64,000 nucleotides of DNA from Azolla caroliniana (GCA_043228905.1 JBHGNT010000018.1:17918001-17982000), one strand, 5' to 3'; counted from the stretch's first letter, positions 52,425 through 64,000 are shown. The notes: generated by a model from the sequence alone, not told the origin. A program made the numbers and translations.

Positions 52425-52984
52425 ACATATGTGAGATGTAATCATAATAATTATATGTTTAGTTATTACGAGATATTTAGAACATTCTAGATTATTCTAG
52501 AATGTTCTTGAATATTTCATGATTATATTTATTATTATTATTATTCATAAATATCTAAAATATTCTAGAACATTCTAGAATACTCCATAAGGGCCTATAA
52601 ATAAGAGTCCATACACTCATCACAACTCATTCGGTTCAAACTGTCGTGACTCTTGAGTAGGAAGCAGAGAGAGAGAGCGATGGCGATAGAGATAACGATA
52701 ACGATAGAGATGGCGAGAGCGGTAGAGATAGCGATAGTGATAGAAAGAGAGTGAAAGAGGGAGAGAGTGCGAGAGAGAGAAAAGTATAAGTGAGAGATAA
52801 GAAATGGGAATGCGATTATATTATGAGAAAGAAGATTACAAGGAGTAGGCTAAGGGCTAAAGACTGGTGTTGATGATGTTTTGAGTCAATGCAAACTCGC
52901 GATCCATGAAACAAGAATTGGCTCCGGAATCTAGGAGGGCAGAGGCTAGGGCGCGATGACCTGTAGATGTGCTAAGCTCGACTT

Positions 52985-55900
52985 GTGCAGAAAAAACTCC
53001 CAAACCCAGTAGTTGTAGGAGTCATCGATGGTCGCCCTATAGCATCAGGAGATATAGTCGAAGAGTCTGAACCAATTCGTGTAGTCCTAGGTAATTTGGC
53101 TAGTGTCATCTCATTTAACATCATTAGTAGTCCGGAGCACTCTCTAGTTCTTGGTCTTCCTTGGTTTGAGTTACATAACCCAACCATTGATTGGAGAAAA
53201 AGAACTATTGAAGAGGTCACCGTACAATCCAAGTCTCTTGAAGCTCCAACTAAGGATCTAGGATCCCCCACAATTTCAACAATCTCTATACATCAATTAC
53301 GAGAGGATGGAAGAAAGGAAGACATGATGGTATTTGCGGTTTTAGCAACTCCCTCATCTAGCTCACAAGAATTGGGGGTCCAACTACCAAAGAAGTACAT
53401 AGAATTCTCCGATGTGTTCGATAAGGTGAAGGCTAATAGACTACCAGAGCATCGACCATATGATTGCCCAATTGATTTGCAGCCAGGAAAAGAGCCTCCA
53501 TGGGGACCAATTTATAATCTTTCGCCCACGGAGTTAGAGGTTCTTCGAGAATATATCAATGAGAACTTGGCAAATGGTTTTATCCAACATTCAAAATCTC
53601 CTGCTGGTGCACCCATCTTTTTCGTTAAGAAGAAAGATGGTACGCTTCGTATGGTCGTGGATTATCGAGGCTTGAATAAAGTGACCGTTAGAAACCGATA
53701 TGCTCTCCCATTGATCTCAAGCCTTCTAGAACGCCTCAGTGAAGCAAAGTATTTCACGAAGTTAGATCTTCGAGGTGCCTACAACCTTGTTCGAATTCGT
53801 CCTGGGGATGAATGGAAGACGGCGTTCCGCACTCGCTATGGTCATTTTGAGTACACAGTGATGCCTTTTGGCCTCACGAATGCACCAGCAGTCTTCCAAC
53901 ATATGGCGAATGATATTTTTCGAGACTTCCTCGATATCTTCATCATTGTTTACCTGGATGATATCTTGATCTACTCAAAAACTCAAGAAGAACATGATAT
54001 ACATGTTCGCCAAGTTTTGCAACGGCTACGAGAGTATGGTCTCTATGCAAAATTGGAGAAGTGTAGTTTCGACCAACGTCAAGTGGAGTTTTTGGGGTAC
54101 ATAGTCTCTTCAAATGGCATCTCTATGGATCCATCAAAGGTTCAAACAATTTTGGATTGGCAAACACCATAGTCCGTGCGAGATGTGCAATGTTTTTTGG
54201 GGTTCGCAAACTTTTATCGCAAGTTCATCAAAGACTATTCAAAAATTGTGTTGCCCCTCACTCAACTGACGCACAAGAATCGATCGTTTGTATGGAGTAT
54301 AGATACGAACTCTGCATTTGAGGGTTTAAAGCAAGCATTTACATCCGCACCAATCTTAATCCATGTCGATCCAATGAGGCGCTTTATACTTGAAGCTGAT
54401 GCATCGGATTTCGCACTCGGAAGTGTACTATCCCAAAATTGGTGATGATGGTGAACTGCACCCGGTGGCTTTTCACTCACGAAAATTTGAAGCCGCAGAA
54501 ATCAACTATGAGATTCACGACAAAGAGCTTCTTGCCATTGTGGATTCTTTTCAACAATGGCGTCATTTTCTGGAGGGTTCTTCTCAGCAGATTATTGTCT
54601 ACAATGATCATAAAAATCTAACATACTTTCAAAGTGCTCGAGTCTTGAATCGACGACAAGCTCGTTGGGCGCAGTTCTTAACTCGTTTCGATTTTGTAAT
54701 TCTATATCGCCCTGGGATGCAACAAGGAAAAGCAGATGCTTTATCTAGACGTTCGTATATGGAACTTCAACCTGGAGAGGCCGCATTTGAAAGCCAAAAG
54801 CAAATCCTCTTAGGTCCTGATCGTCTACGAATAATGGCAATGCATACCATCAACACACCGGGAGATTCAAGGCTTCTTGATTCCATTCGTGAGCAGATTG
54901 CGACTGATGCGTTCACCCAAGAGGTTTTGAGCCATATTATCCCAAATCGTGCATCTAGCTCCCAAACTCAAAATCCTCGTCTAGACTACACCCAGTTTAG
55001 TTGGCATGATGGGTTACTTTTTCGACAAACTCTCTTGTATGTGCCTGACGGTCCTTCTCGACTCAAAGTCATGCAACAATGTCATGACACACCAATGGCG
55101 GGACACTTCGGCATCCACAAGACTTTTGAGTTGATTTCTCGCCGATATTGGTGGCCACGGCTTCGCCATTTTGTTACGGATTATGTTCGTAGCTGTGATA
55201 CATGTTGCCGATCAAAAAAGCCTCGACATCATCCATATGGCTTATTACAGCCAATGCCTATTCCGGAGAGCCCATGGAAATCTATTTCCTTGGACTTTAT
55301 TACGGATCTTCCACCTTCCAAGGGATTTGATTCGATTCTCACTGTTGTCGATCGTTTTACGAAGATGGCACATTTCCTTCCATGCACAAAGACCATTACT
55401 AGTCAAGAGACAGCTGATTTACTCATGCGGGAGGTGTTTCGCCATCATGGTCTTCCGGATGATATTATCAGTGATCGGGGTCCCCAATTCATCTCGAAAT
55501 TTTGGCGGCACATGTTCAGACTCTTACATACTTCTTGTAAACTCTCTTTCGGCTACCATCCAGAGACTAATGGGCAGAGTGAGCGCACCAACCAAACAGT
55601 CGAGCAATATCTACGTTGTTTTGTCAACTATCAACAAGATGATTGGGTGGATTTACTACCTTTGGCAGAATTTGCTTATAACAACTCCGAGCATTCTTCT
55701 ACTGGATATTCCCCATTTTTTGCAAACATTGGGTACCATCCTCGTTGGACGATGCTTGAACATCCTGAACTCCCAAAAAACCCAGCTGCTAAAGATCGGC
55801 TCACTCGACTCCAAGAAGTTCAGGATATGCTTTTGCATCATTTATGTGAAGCCCAAAACACTCAAAAGAAGATTGTTGACCGTCATCGGCGTGATTCATC

Positions 55901-56399
55901 GACTACATTTCAAGTAGGCGATCGTGTATGGCTCTTACAAGGTAGCATTAAAACGACCCGACCTTGCTACAAATTGGATTATCAACGTTTTGGCCCATAT
56001 GTCATAAGTGGTAAGATCAATGATGTGACATTTCGTCTTGATCTTCCTCCTCATATGCGTCTTCACCCGGTCTTCCATGTTTCACTTTTGGAGCCTTACA
56101 CAACGAGCTCTATTCCGGGTCGTGTTACACCTCCCCCACCTCCAATTGACGTTTCCAATGGCTCTGAATATGAGGTTGCCGCTATCCTCGACTCCAAGAT
56201 CATTCGCAACAAACTATACTACTTGGTTGATTGGTTAGGCTATACACCTAATGATCGAACATGGGAGCCTGCCGAACATCTTGCCAATGCCTCCGACATG
56301 GTTGTTGCATTTCACAACCAATATCCTCATAAACCAAGTCTGAACTCTTTTCTTCCGACTCGTGCAACTCGTCATCGAAAAAGGGGGATAATGTCATGA
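52985..56399 (+). pseudogene. G3 pol: protease C-part, RT, RNase H, integrase, chromodomain
   Basis: KLDLRGAYN, MPFGLTNAPA, VYLDDILIYS, NYEIHDKELLA, SDRGPQF, GPY, EYEVAAILDS..YYLVDWLGY..TWEP; one stop (54170) and one frameshift (~54440). Confidence 0.96.
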
Positions 56400-56945
56400 A
56401 GACATACATCTTGGCTTATCATGACATTCATCTTGGCGAACCAGGAATCGAACCCATAACCTCTTGGTTTACATATTGTACTTTAACCATTGTAATAACA
56501 TATGTGAGATGTAATCATAATAATTATATGTTTAGTTATTACGAGATATTTAGAACATTCTAGATTATTCTAGAATGTTCTTGAATATTTCATGATTATA
56601 TTTATTATTATTATTATTCATAAATATCTAAAATATTCTAGAACATTCTAGAATACTCCATAAGGGCCTATAAATAAGAGTCCATACACTCATCACAACT
56701 CATTCGGTTCAACACCAGTCTTTAGCCCTTAGCCTACTCCTTGTAATCTTCTTTCTCATAATATAATCGCATTCCCATTTCTTATCTCTCACTTATACTT
56801 TTCTCTCTCTCGCACTCTCTCCCTCTTTCACTCTCTTTCTATCACTATCGCTATCTCTACCGCTCTCGCCATCTCTATCGTTATCGTTATCTCTATCGCC
56901 ATCGCTCTCTCTCTCTGCTTCCTACTCAAGAGTCACGACATACCC

Positions 56946-59604
56946 AAGGCGAAATCCGACGTGTTTGCCTCAATGATGAATGGTTTTGCCAGATCAATAT
57001 GAGCTAATGTAAATGCCTTCTTAAGACTCTCAAAAGCCATGTCCGCTTCTTTAGACCAAACAAACGACTGCCCCTTCTTGGTACGTTGTGTGAGAGGCAG
57101 AATAAGCTTTCAGTAATCCTGTATAAACGTGCGGTAGAAATTGGCAATGCCTAAAAAGCATTGCACATCTCGCAACGAACGTGGAGTCTGCTACTCTACC
57201 ACAATTTTGACCTTAGCTGGATCCATAGAGATGTCTTCCGATGAGATGACATAGCCCTGAAATTCCACCTGGTTGCACTCGAAGCTACGATTTTCTAGTT
57301 TTGCATAAAGACCATGTTCTCGAAGCTACGTTTTTCTAGTTTTGCATAAAGACCATGTTCTCGAAGCCGTTTTAGTACTAACAGTACATGAGAATCATGC
57401 CCTTCTTGGGTCTTCAAATAAACCAATAGATCATCCAAATAGATGATCAAACAAACCTCCAAGAGATCTCAAAATATATCATTTGCCATGTGCTGGAAGA
57501 CCATTGGTGCATTAGTGACACCGAATGGCATGATCGTATACTCAAAGTGCTCATATCTAGTGCGAAACGCGGTCTTCCATTCATCTCCTGGTCGGATCCG
57601 TACGAGGTTATATGCTCCTCGTAAGTCGATCTTTGTGAAGAACCTTGCACCATTGATCTGTTCTAAAAGACTTGAGATAAGGGGAAGTGCATACCTATTC
57701 CTAATGGTGACCTTATTCAAGCCGCGATAGTCTACGACGAGACGAAGTGATCCATCCTTTTTCTTGACAAAGAAAATGGGTGCGCCGGCTGGAGATTTCG
57801 AATGTCGGATGAAACCGTTTGCCAAATTCTCCTCTATATAAGCTCGAAGGACTTCTAGCTTGGTTGGTGACAAATTGTAGATCGGTCCCCATGGTGGCTC
57901 TTTTCCCCATTGTAAATCGATGGGGCAATCATACGATCGGTGGTGAGGAAGCGTATTGGCTTGTACCTTATCGAACACATCGGCATACTTACGATACTTC
58001 TTTGGAAGTTGAACTGTGGATTCCTCTTTAGTAGTGTTGGAAGGTTTTACTAATACCGCGAAGAAAAACATTGCTTCCTTGCGTCCTTCCTCACGCAATT
58101 GATGTAGCAAAATGGTTGCAATCTTATGAGTAGATCCACGGATTTGTCGATACTGGATTTCTCTTGTTCTCCAATCTATGTCTAGGTTATGTAATTCGAA
58201 CCACGGTAACCCCAAGACAATCGGATGATCTGGACTATTAATTATATTAAATGATACTACACACACCAAGTTATCTAGGACACCTTGAATTGGCTCTAAC
58301 TCCTCTATGATTTTTTTCGAAAGCAATGGGACAACCATCAATAAATATTACAGATGTTGGGCAAGAAAGTTTTCTTAGGGATATCTTATGAGCTTGGGCA
58401 AATTTCCTATCCATGAAGCAAGAGTTGGCTCAGGAATCTAAGAGTGCTAAGACATGTACTCGAGGAGTACTTTTAGTACTAACCATTACTTGAGCTAAGA
58501 ACACATCGCTAACTTTCTTAGAGGAAATGGAACCACTAATGGGTTGTCCAACCAAACGGCTCCTATTTTGGCTAGACTTAATCGTTTAACTCTTCTTCTA
58601 GTTGACTAAGGATTTCAAATTTGTTTGAAAGGCTTGGGCTATTAGGATTATCGGACACACCTAGAGAAATAGACTCAGGTTTAGTACTATTAGTACTATC
58701 AGTTATTTGATTTACCTGCCTTCTTGGCCGATGGGGACAGTTCACTGCAATATGCCCCGGTCCACCGCAATAAAGATATAATCGATTTGCCCAGCGTCGC
58801 TGCTTTTCTTCTTCCAATTGTGGTGTCAATTTCCATTGGAGTCGGAGTATTTGTTGGAGACGTATTAAATGACTCCCTTGGGAAAGGCTTTGCTACAACT
58901 GAAGCGTAGGTGGGCTCCGATCTTGCCCTCGGCATTTGAAACTAACGTTCCGAACGTCGTTCAAAGAGGCGGTTATCGCATCGTACTGTGCAACTGATTG
59001 CTTTTGTCAATGACTTTGGTTCTTCGGGGAAGGTCAATAGTAAATCCTTGACATCATTTCGTAGGCCATAATGAAATTGCTCCATTAATGCTTGGTCATC
59101 CCAAGGGATATCAGAGGCGAGTAGAAGGAAATATGCAGCGTATGCAGAGGCTAGATGGTCACCTTGACGTAATCGTCGAATTTTGTTGATTGTTGTCCTT
59201 ATGTTATCAGTATCTCCAAAACAAGCTTTAAACTCACTTATAAACTCTTCAAAATTGTTTAGTAATGGAGATTCCTTTTCTAACAACGGAGCGAACCATG
59301 CCAAAGTTGAGCCACTTAACAATGTGCCTACTAGACCCACTCGTGATGCATCGATGGGATATCGGGAAGGATGCATTTGAATGACTAATTGTACCTGATT
59401 AAGGAATCCTCTCAACTGTGATCACGTTCCATCGAATTTCATAGGAAGACCAATCTTGGGTTCTTTATGAATCCCTTGTGTACTTGGACCTTGTTGTTGC
59501 AACGCTATAATGGTCGCTTCGAGTTGTTGCACGCGTAACGCTAGTTCCCCATGTTGTTGCGTCTGTTGCTTCTCTAAGGACATTTGTTGAAGATCCCCCA
59601 ACAT
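56946..59604 (-). pseudogene. G2 gag, protease and RT
   Basis: [53 protein letters not shown]; RNase H piece continues at 52227-52313. Confidence 0.93.
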
Positions 59605-59944
59605 TCATTGATTTTCTTGTTCTAATGCGAGAAATTTCTCTTTCAAGCATTGCAACTCCGAGAAAACGGATTGATATTCTTGAGCGCTAACGGTGGCCAT
59701 AGTATTAGAGAAAAGAGGAATAAGATATTAGTATGAAGGGAGGAACAAGTAAGAAGATAAAGGAAGAGGAGGAAGGAGACCGAAAATTGGTTCAAATTGT
59801 CAGGAATAGTACTAAGACAGAGAAGTGTTGTTAGGAACAATACTAAGACAGAGAAGTATTGTCAGGAACAGTACTAAGACAGAGAAGGAATTAGTACTAA
59901 AAGATGAGGATTAGTACTAAGAGAGGTGTAGAACTCTCGAGAGA

Positions 59945-59996
<52 letters not shown>

Positions 59997-60377
59997 TGAT
60001 AACAAAAGATATATATTATGTGAAAAGAATATACAGTAGTAGCTAGGAGGCTTAAGATTGGCATTGAACCGATTTGGTTCGAAATAATGCCTTGTGCCTC
60101 CTTATATAGTTTTTTCAGGAGTACTCCTGAAGTTTCTAGAATGTTCCAGAGAAATCTGGAATATACATCAATTTTCTATAGTGAAATAATAAATGAAAAT
60201 AATCTTTTGTATTACAATGTATAATCTAATGGCAAGGGCTCAACCCATGTAACCATAAGGTCATGGGTTCGAATCTTGTCATATCATGACGACTATATTA
60301 TAAGGTACTGTTGTAAGAGAAAATAATGAATCATTTGTCAATGCTTGAGCTATCAATTATTCATTGATGGTAAAACT

Positions 60378-63300
60378 TGTTGGGATTTCGGTCCCTTCGG
60401 ATGGGATGGTCGGATGTCGGAGACGAATGCCGACAAGCCCGGTTTCGGTTTCGGATCCGGATGACGGAGACCCCGGCTTCGGTGCCGGATGACGAATGTA
60501 CCCGGAGAGCGATTCGGATGCAGGGACATATCCGTAATATGTTCGCTATGGGCCCCTGAGGCTATAGTTGTAAATAGCCCAAAGTCATATAAGTATAAAT
60601 ATGACTTAGGGCAAACTGTTTTATTGTTGCTCATCATTTTTCTGTTTTTCCACTCAAGAGAGTGAAGAGGGAGCAGCCGTGAGAGAGAGAGCGTGAGAGA
60701 GGAAGAGGACGACGCCTCTGTGTATTTCCGCCGCCTGTGGCGAGGACAGCGAGCTCAAGGTCGTCGCCTTGCAGCTCGCCATTGTATACTTCTCTTTGTA
60801 TAGTGTTGGCTTGGAGTCTTGTACTCCCGTGGTTTTTCCCGTATAGGGTTTTCCACGTTAATCACTGTGTATTCGTGTGTTTCTCTCTGTGGTTCCTATT
60901 TTCTGCTGCATTGATTCGCGATTACTCGGTTGTGGCCGAGGGGGGAAGGTGAATCGAAGCGTCGATTCCCATCAAACTGGTATCAGAGCGACTGTTGCAG
61001 AAAATGGAAGGCGGCGGCAGCGGGCAGCCGATGATGATGGTGCTGAATGCACAGAATTACGCCGACTGGAAGATCAAGATGGAGGATCTTCTGATTGTTC
61101 GGGACCTGTACGAACCGATTGACAGGTCGGAAATACCGAAGGGGGTACTTGAGTCGGAGTGGAAGCTCCTGAACCGGAAAGCCGTAACGACGATCCGACA
61201 ATATGTCGATGTAAGCGTCCTACAACATGTGGCGAACGACACCAACGCATATGAGATGTGGAAGAAGCTGTCGGGCCTCTATGAGAGGAAGAATGCGTTG
61301 AACCGGACCTCCCTGATGAGGAAGATAGTGAATCTCAAGTACCGGGACGGCGAGAGTATGGTTGAACACGTAAGCACGTTCATGGGATTCGTGAACCAGC
61401 TTGCGGCGATCAAGTTCCCGTTGGAGGATGCAATGCAAGCCATCATCCTGATGTGTACATTGCCGGAAAGCTGGGAGAACTTGGTGGTGACTCTCAGCAC
61501 CTCCTGCACAGAAGATAACTTGTCCTTGCAAACGGTAAAGACAAGTATTTTGAACGAAGAAGCGCGTTGGAGAGATAAAGAACCGGCCTCCGACCCGAAG
61601 GCGCTGCTTACCGAATCGGATCGGGGAAGACAATGGAACCGGAGTCCGCAAAGACGGGAGAAGTCGGGGACCCGGTCGCAGTCAAGAGGAAGGCCCACAT
61701 GCTTCCACTGTGGGAAGCCGGGGCACTTTCGAAAGAATTGTCGGCATTACCGAAAAGACAACGGACCCGACGACACCGATTCGAAGAAGTCACCGGAGAG
61801 AAACGGTGCATACCGGGGAGCCACGGACCGGAGAGGTTCGGATCGGCGAGGGCAGGACCGGAAAGGAACAACGGCACTCGCGGCAAGTGAGGAAGAAATC
61901 ATGCTCATCACCGAAGAAGGTGAGCTAAACGTTGCCGGCGATGAGACGACCTGGGTGGTCGATTCCGGAGCATCGTTCCACCTGACCCCGGAGAGAAGAT
62001 ACTTCTCATCCTACACAGCCGGTGAGCATGGCTGTGTTCGGATGGGAAATGAAGGTACGTGCCGGATTGCCGGCATAGGTGACGTGTGGTTGACAACCCC
62101 GACTGGATGCAAAATGCTGCTGAAGGATGTCCGACACGTTCCGGAGGTTCGATTGAACCTGATTTCGGCCGGGAGGCTAGACGATGAAGGCTACACATGT
62201 AGCATCCGGAACGGCGTAATGAAGTTCAGCAAGGGGAGCCTGATAGTGGCTCGGGCCCGGAAAGACAACACACTGTACCTGATGAATGCCCGGTTATGTC
62301 CGGAAGAGTTGAATGTGGCAGCCGACACTGCCGGTGAGCTGTGGCACAAAAGACTGTGCCACATGAGTGAGAAGGGGATGAAGAGGCTTGCAGAAGACAA
62401 CCTCATCCCAGTGAAGCATGTGCACCTGGAGAAGTGCACCGATTGCCTGGCCGGTAAGCAGAACCAAACCTCCTTCCACTCAAGGCCACCGACGAGACGT
62501 AGCGCACCATTGGAGTTGGTGCACACTGACGTGTGTCAGGTAGAGACGAAGTCACATGGCGGAGCCCAGTACTTCGTAACATTCATCGATGATCATAGCC
62601 GAAAACTGTGGACGGCACCGATGAAGACAAAGGACCAAGTGTTGTGCGTCTTCAAAGAACTCCACGCGAGAGTGGAAAGGGAATCCGGCAAGAAGCTGAA
62701 AGCGATACGAGCGGATAACGGAGGGGAATACCGAGGGCAGTTCCAGGAGTACTGTCGCTCGAAGGGAATCCGACTCGAGTTTACTGTGCCGAAGACGCCG
62801 GAACTGAACGGGCTGGCCGAGAGGATGAACCGGACCATAATGGAGAGGGTCCGGAGTATGCTGGCGCATGCGAAATTACCCAAGGGATTTTGGGCTGAGG
62901 CAATGTCGACGGCGACATATGTGATAAACCGATCACCCTCAGTACCTTTGGACGGAGACACGCCGCAGAGAGTGTGGACCGGTAGGGAAGTATCTTACCG
63001 GCATCTGAAGGTGTTCGGGTGTCTCGCATACGTGCATGTGGCAAAGGACCGGAGAGGAAAGCTAGATCCAAAGACCCGGCCATGCATATTCCTCGGTTAC
63101 GGCGACGACGAGTTCGGCTACCGAGTATGGGACCCGGTTGACAAGAAGATATTCCGGAGTCGCGATATCATCTTCATGGAGAACAAGACACTCGCCGACT
63201 GGGAGTCGGAGAAGAAGATGAAGAGCTCCAAGTCGACCGGTGAGGATCAACTCTACGAGGAGCAGTCCCGACCGGCAAGGGACCGGTTAGCACTCGAGGA

Positions 63301-64000
63301 TCCGGCCGAAGACGGTGAAGAAACAGAACCGGCCGAAGAAGATGAAAATGATACCGGAACCGGCCCCGATCCCGAAATGGATTCGGATGAAGAAGAAGAA
63401 TCGGAAGAACCGGTTACCGAAGCTCCGGAACGGAGATATCCTCTAAGAGAGAGAAGGGCCCCCCGGAGATTTCCGGAACCAGAGCACGTGCTGCTAACCG
63501 ACGAGGGGGAGCCAGAGAGCTTTGAAGAAGCAAAACATGACACCCAGAGCCGCAGGTGGTTGAGTGCCATGCAGGACGAGATGGATTCCCTGCATGAGAA
63601 CCATACATATGAACTTGTGGAGTTGCCGAAAGGAAAGCGGGCACTTCGAAACAAGTGGGTGTTCAAGCTGAAACCGGGAGATGCCGGAAACCCCCCGAGA
63701 TACAAAGCCAGGATCGTGGTGAAGGGGTTTCAGCAGAAGAAGGGCGTCGACTTCGACGAGATATTTGCCCCGGTAGTGAAGATGACCTCCATCCGGACGG
63801 TGCTGAGCATAGCGGCAAGCATGGACCTCGAGGTAGAACAGATGGACGTGAAGACGGCATTCCTTCACGGTGACCTCGATGAAGAGATCTACATGCAGCA
63901 ACCGGAAGGATTCGAGAAGAAAGGGAAGGAGCACCTGGTATGCCGGTTGAAGAAGAGCCTCTACGGACTGAAGCAGGCCCCCCGGCAGTGGTACCGGAAG
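60378..64000 (+). mobile_element. Copia D (Tnt1/Tork-like), runs off window end
   Basis: LTR 60378-60974; PBS TGGTATCAGAGC 60978-60989; inserted in the L1 remnant. Confidence 0.95.
61004..64000 (+). CDS. Copia D gag-pol polyprotein, apparently intact (partial, 999 codons)
   Basis: ATG at 61004 is in frame with the terminal ..KQAPRQWYRK; motifs CFHCGKPGHFRKNC, DSGASFH, HTDVC/DNGGEY/NGLAERMN, QMDVKTAFLHG. No stop-terminated ORF is listed in this frame, consistent with an open frame. Confidence 0.9.
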   Translation, partial: MEGGGSGQPMMMVLNAQNYADWKIKMEDLLIVRDLYEPIDRSEIPKGVLESEWKLLNRKAVTTIRQYVDVSVLQHVANDTNAYEMWKKLSGLYERKNALNRTSLMRKIVNLKYRDGESMVEHVSTFMGFVNQLAAIKFPLEDAMQAIILMCTLPESWENLVVTLSTSCTEDNLSLQTVKTSILNEEARWRDKEPASDPKALLTESDRGRQWNRSPQRREKSGTRSQSRGRPTCFHCGKPGHFRKNCRHYRKDNGPDDTDSKKSPERNGAYRGATDRRGSDRRGQDRKGTTALAASEEEIMLITEEGELNVAGDETTWVVDSGASFHLTPERRYFSSYTAGEHGCVRMGNEGTCRIAGIGDVWLTTPTGCKMLLKDVRHVPEVRLNLISAGRLDDEGYTCSIRNGVMKFSKGSLIVARARKDNTLYLMNARLCPEELNVAADTAGELWHKRLCHMSEKGMKRLAEDNLIPVKHVHLEKCTDCLAGKQNQTSFHSRPPTRRSAPLELVHTDVCQVETKSHGGAQYFVTFIDDHSRKLWTAPMKTKDQVLCVFKELHARVERESGKKLKAIRADNGGEYRGQFQEYCRSKGIRLEFTVPKTPELNGLAERMNRTIMERVRSMLAHAKLPKGFWAEAMSTATYVINRSPSVPLDGDTPQRVWTGREVSYRHLKVFGCLAYVHVAKDRRGKLDPKTRPCIFLGYGDDEFGYRVWDPVDKKIFRSRDIIFMENKTLADWESEKKMKSSKSTGEDQLYEEQSRPARDRLALEDPAEDGEETEPAEEDENDTGTGPDPEMDSDEEEESEEPVTEAPERRYPLRERRAPRRFPEPEHVLLTDEGEPESFEEAKHDTQSRRWLSAMQDEMDSLHENHTYELVELPKGKRALRNKWVFKLKPGDAGNPPRYKARIVVKGFQQKKGVDFDEIFAPVVKMTSIRTVLSIAASMDLEVEQMDVKTAFLHGDLDEEIYMQQPEGFEKKGKEHLVCRLKKSLYGLKQAPRQWYRK

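Larger units (their letters stand above)
52319..56940 (+). mobile_element. G3: young chromovirus (Tcn1-like), gag lost, 5' region rearranged
   Basis: TSD TACCC (52314-52318 / 56941-56945); 3' LTR 56392-56940; 5' LTR collinear only over 52319-52639; PPT 56378-56391. Confidence 0.96.
38756..60291 (-). mobile_element. G2: chromovirus (Tcn1-like) Gypsy with nested insertions
   Basis: 5' LTR 60291-59798; 3' LTR 39799-38756; TSD GCTAT/ACTAT (4 of 5); PPT at 39800-39812; gag-PR-RT-RH-INT-chromodomain. Confidence 0.92.

Noticed and set aside
52361-52433. Functional tRNA-Tyr gene
   Set aside because: Acceptor and anticodon stems do not pair; kept only as a tRNA-like promoter cassette.
61220-63934. 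Numerous antisense and alternate-frame ORFs over Copia coding regions
   Set aside because: Shadow ORFs expected from GC-rich coding sequence on the opposite strand.

Overview
Eukaryotic, repeat-dense plant DNA, probably a non-seed plant such as a moss. That assignment is inferred from the Tcn1-like chromoviruses, an RTEX-like LINE and the Copia types present. Most of the window is a stack of nested retroelements, most with boundaries fixed by target-site duplications (TSDs). (1) A 5.6-kb RTEX/RTE-like LINE at 4108-9707. (2) A small spliced host gene for a LYR-motif (Complex1_LYR/LYRM) protein on the minus strand, ~13436-10936, which the ORF track misses. (3) Truncated Copia/Gypsy remnants at 13.8-17.1 kb. 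(4) A non-chromovirus Gypsy, G1 (20423-36657, minus), with two extra 3' ORFs; it hosts a full Copia, two solo LTRs and a hAT MITE. (5) A five-layer nest: L1 < chromovirus G2 (38756-60291) < Copia C < Copia B < solo LTR. G2 also hosts chromovirus G3 and an L1 fragment. (6) An apparently intact Copia D running off the right end. The most notable observations are an antisense tRNA-like A-box/B-box cassette at the U3 edge of both chromovirus LTR families and tRNA-independent self-priming sites in both. In G3, a complex inversion breaks exactly at the self-priming duplex. All alignments were done by eye and no database searches were run.
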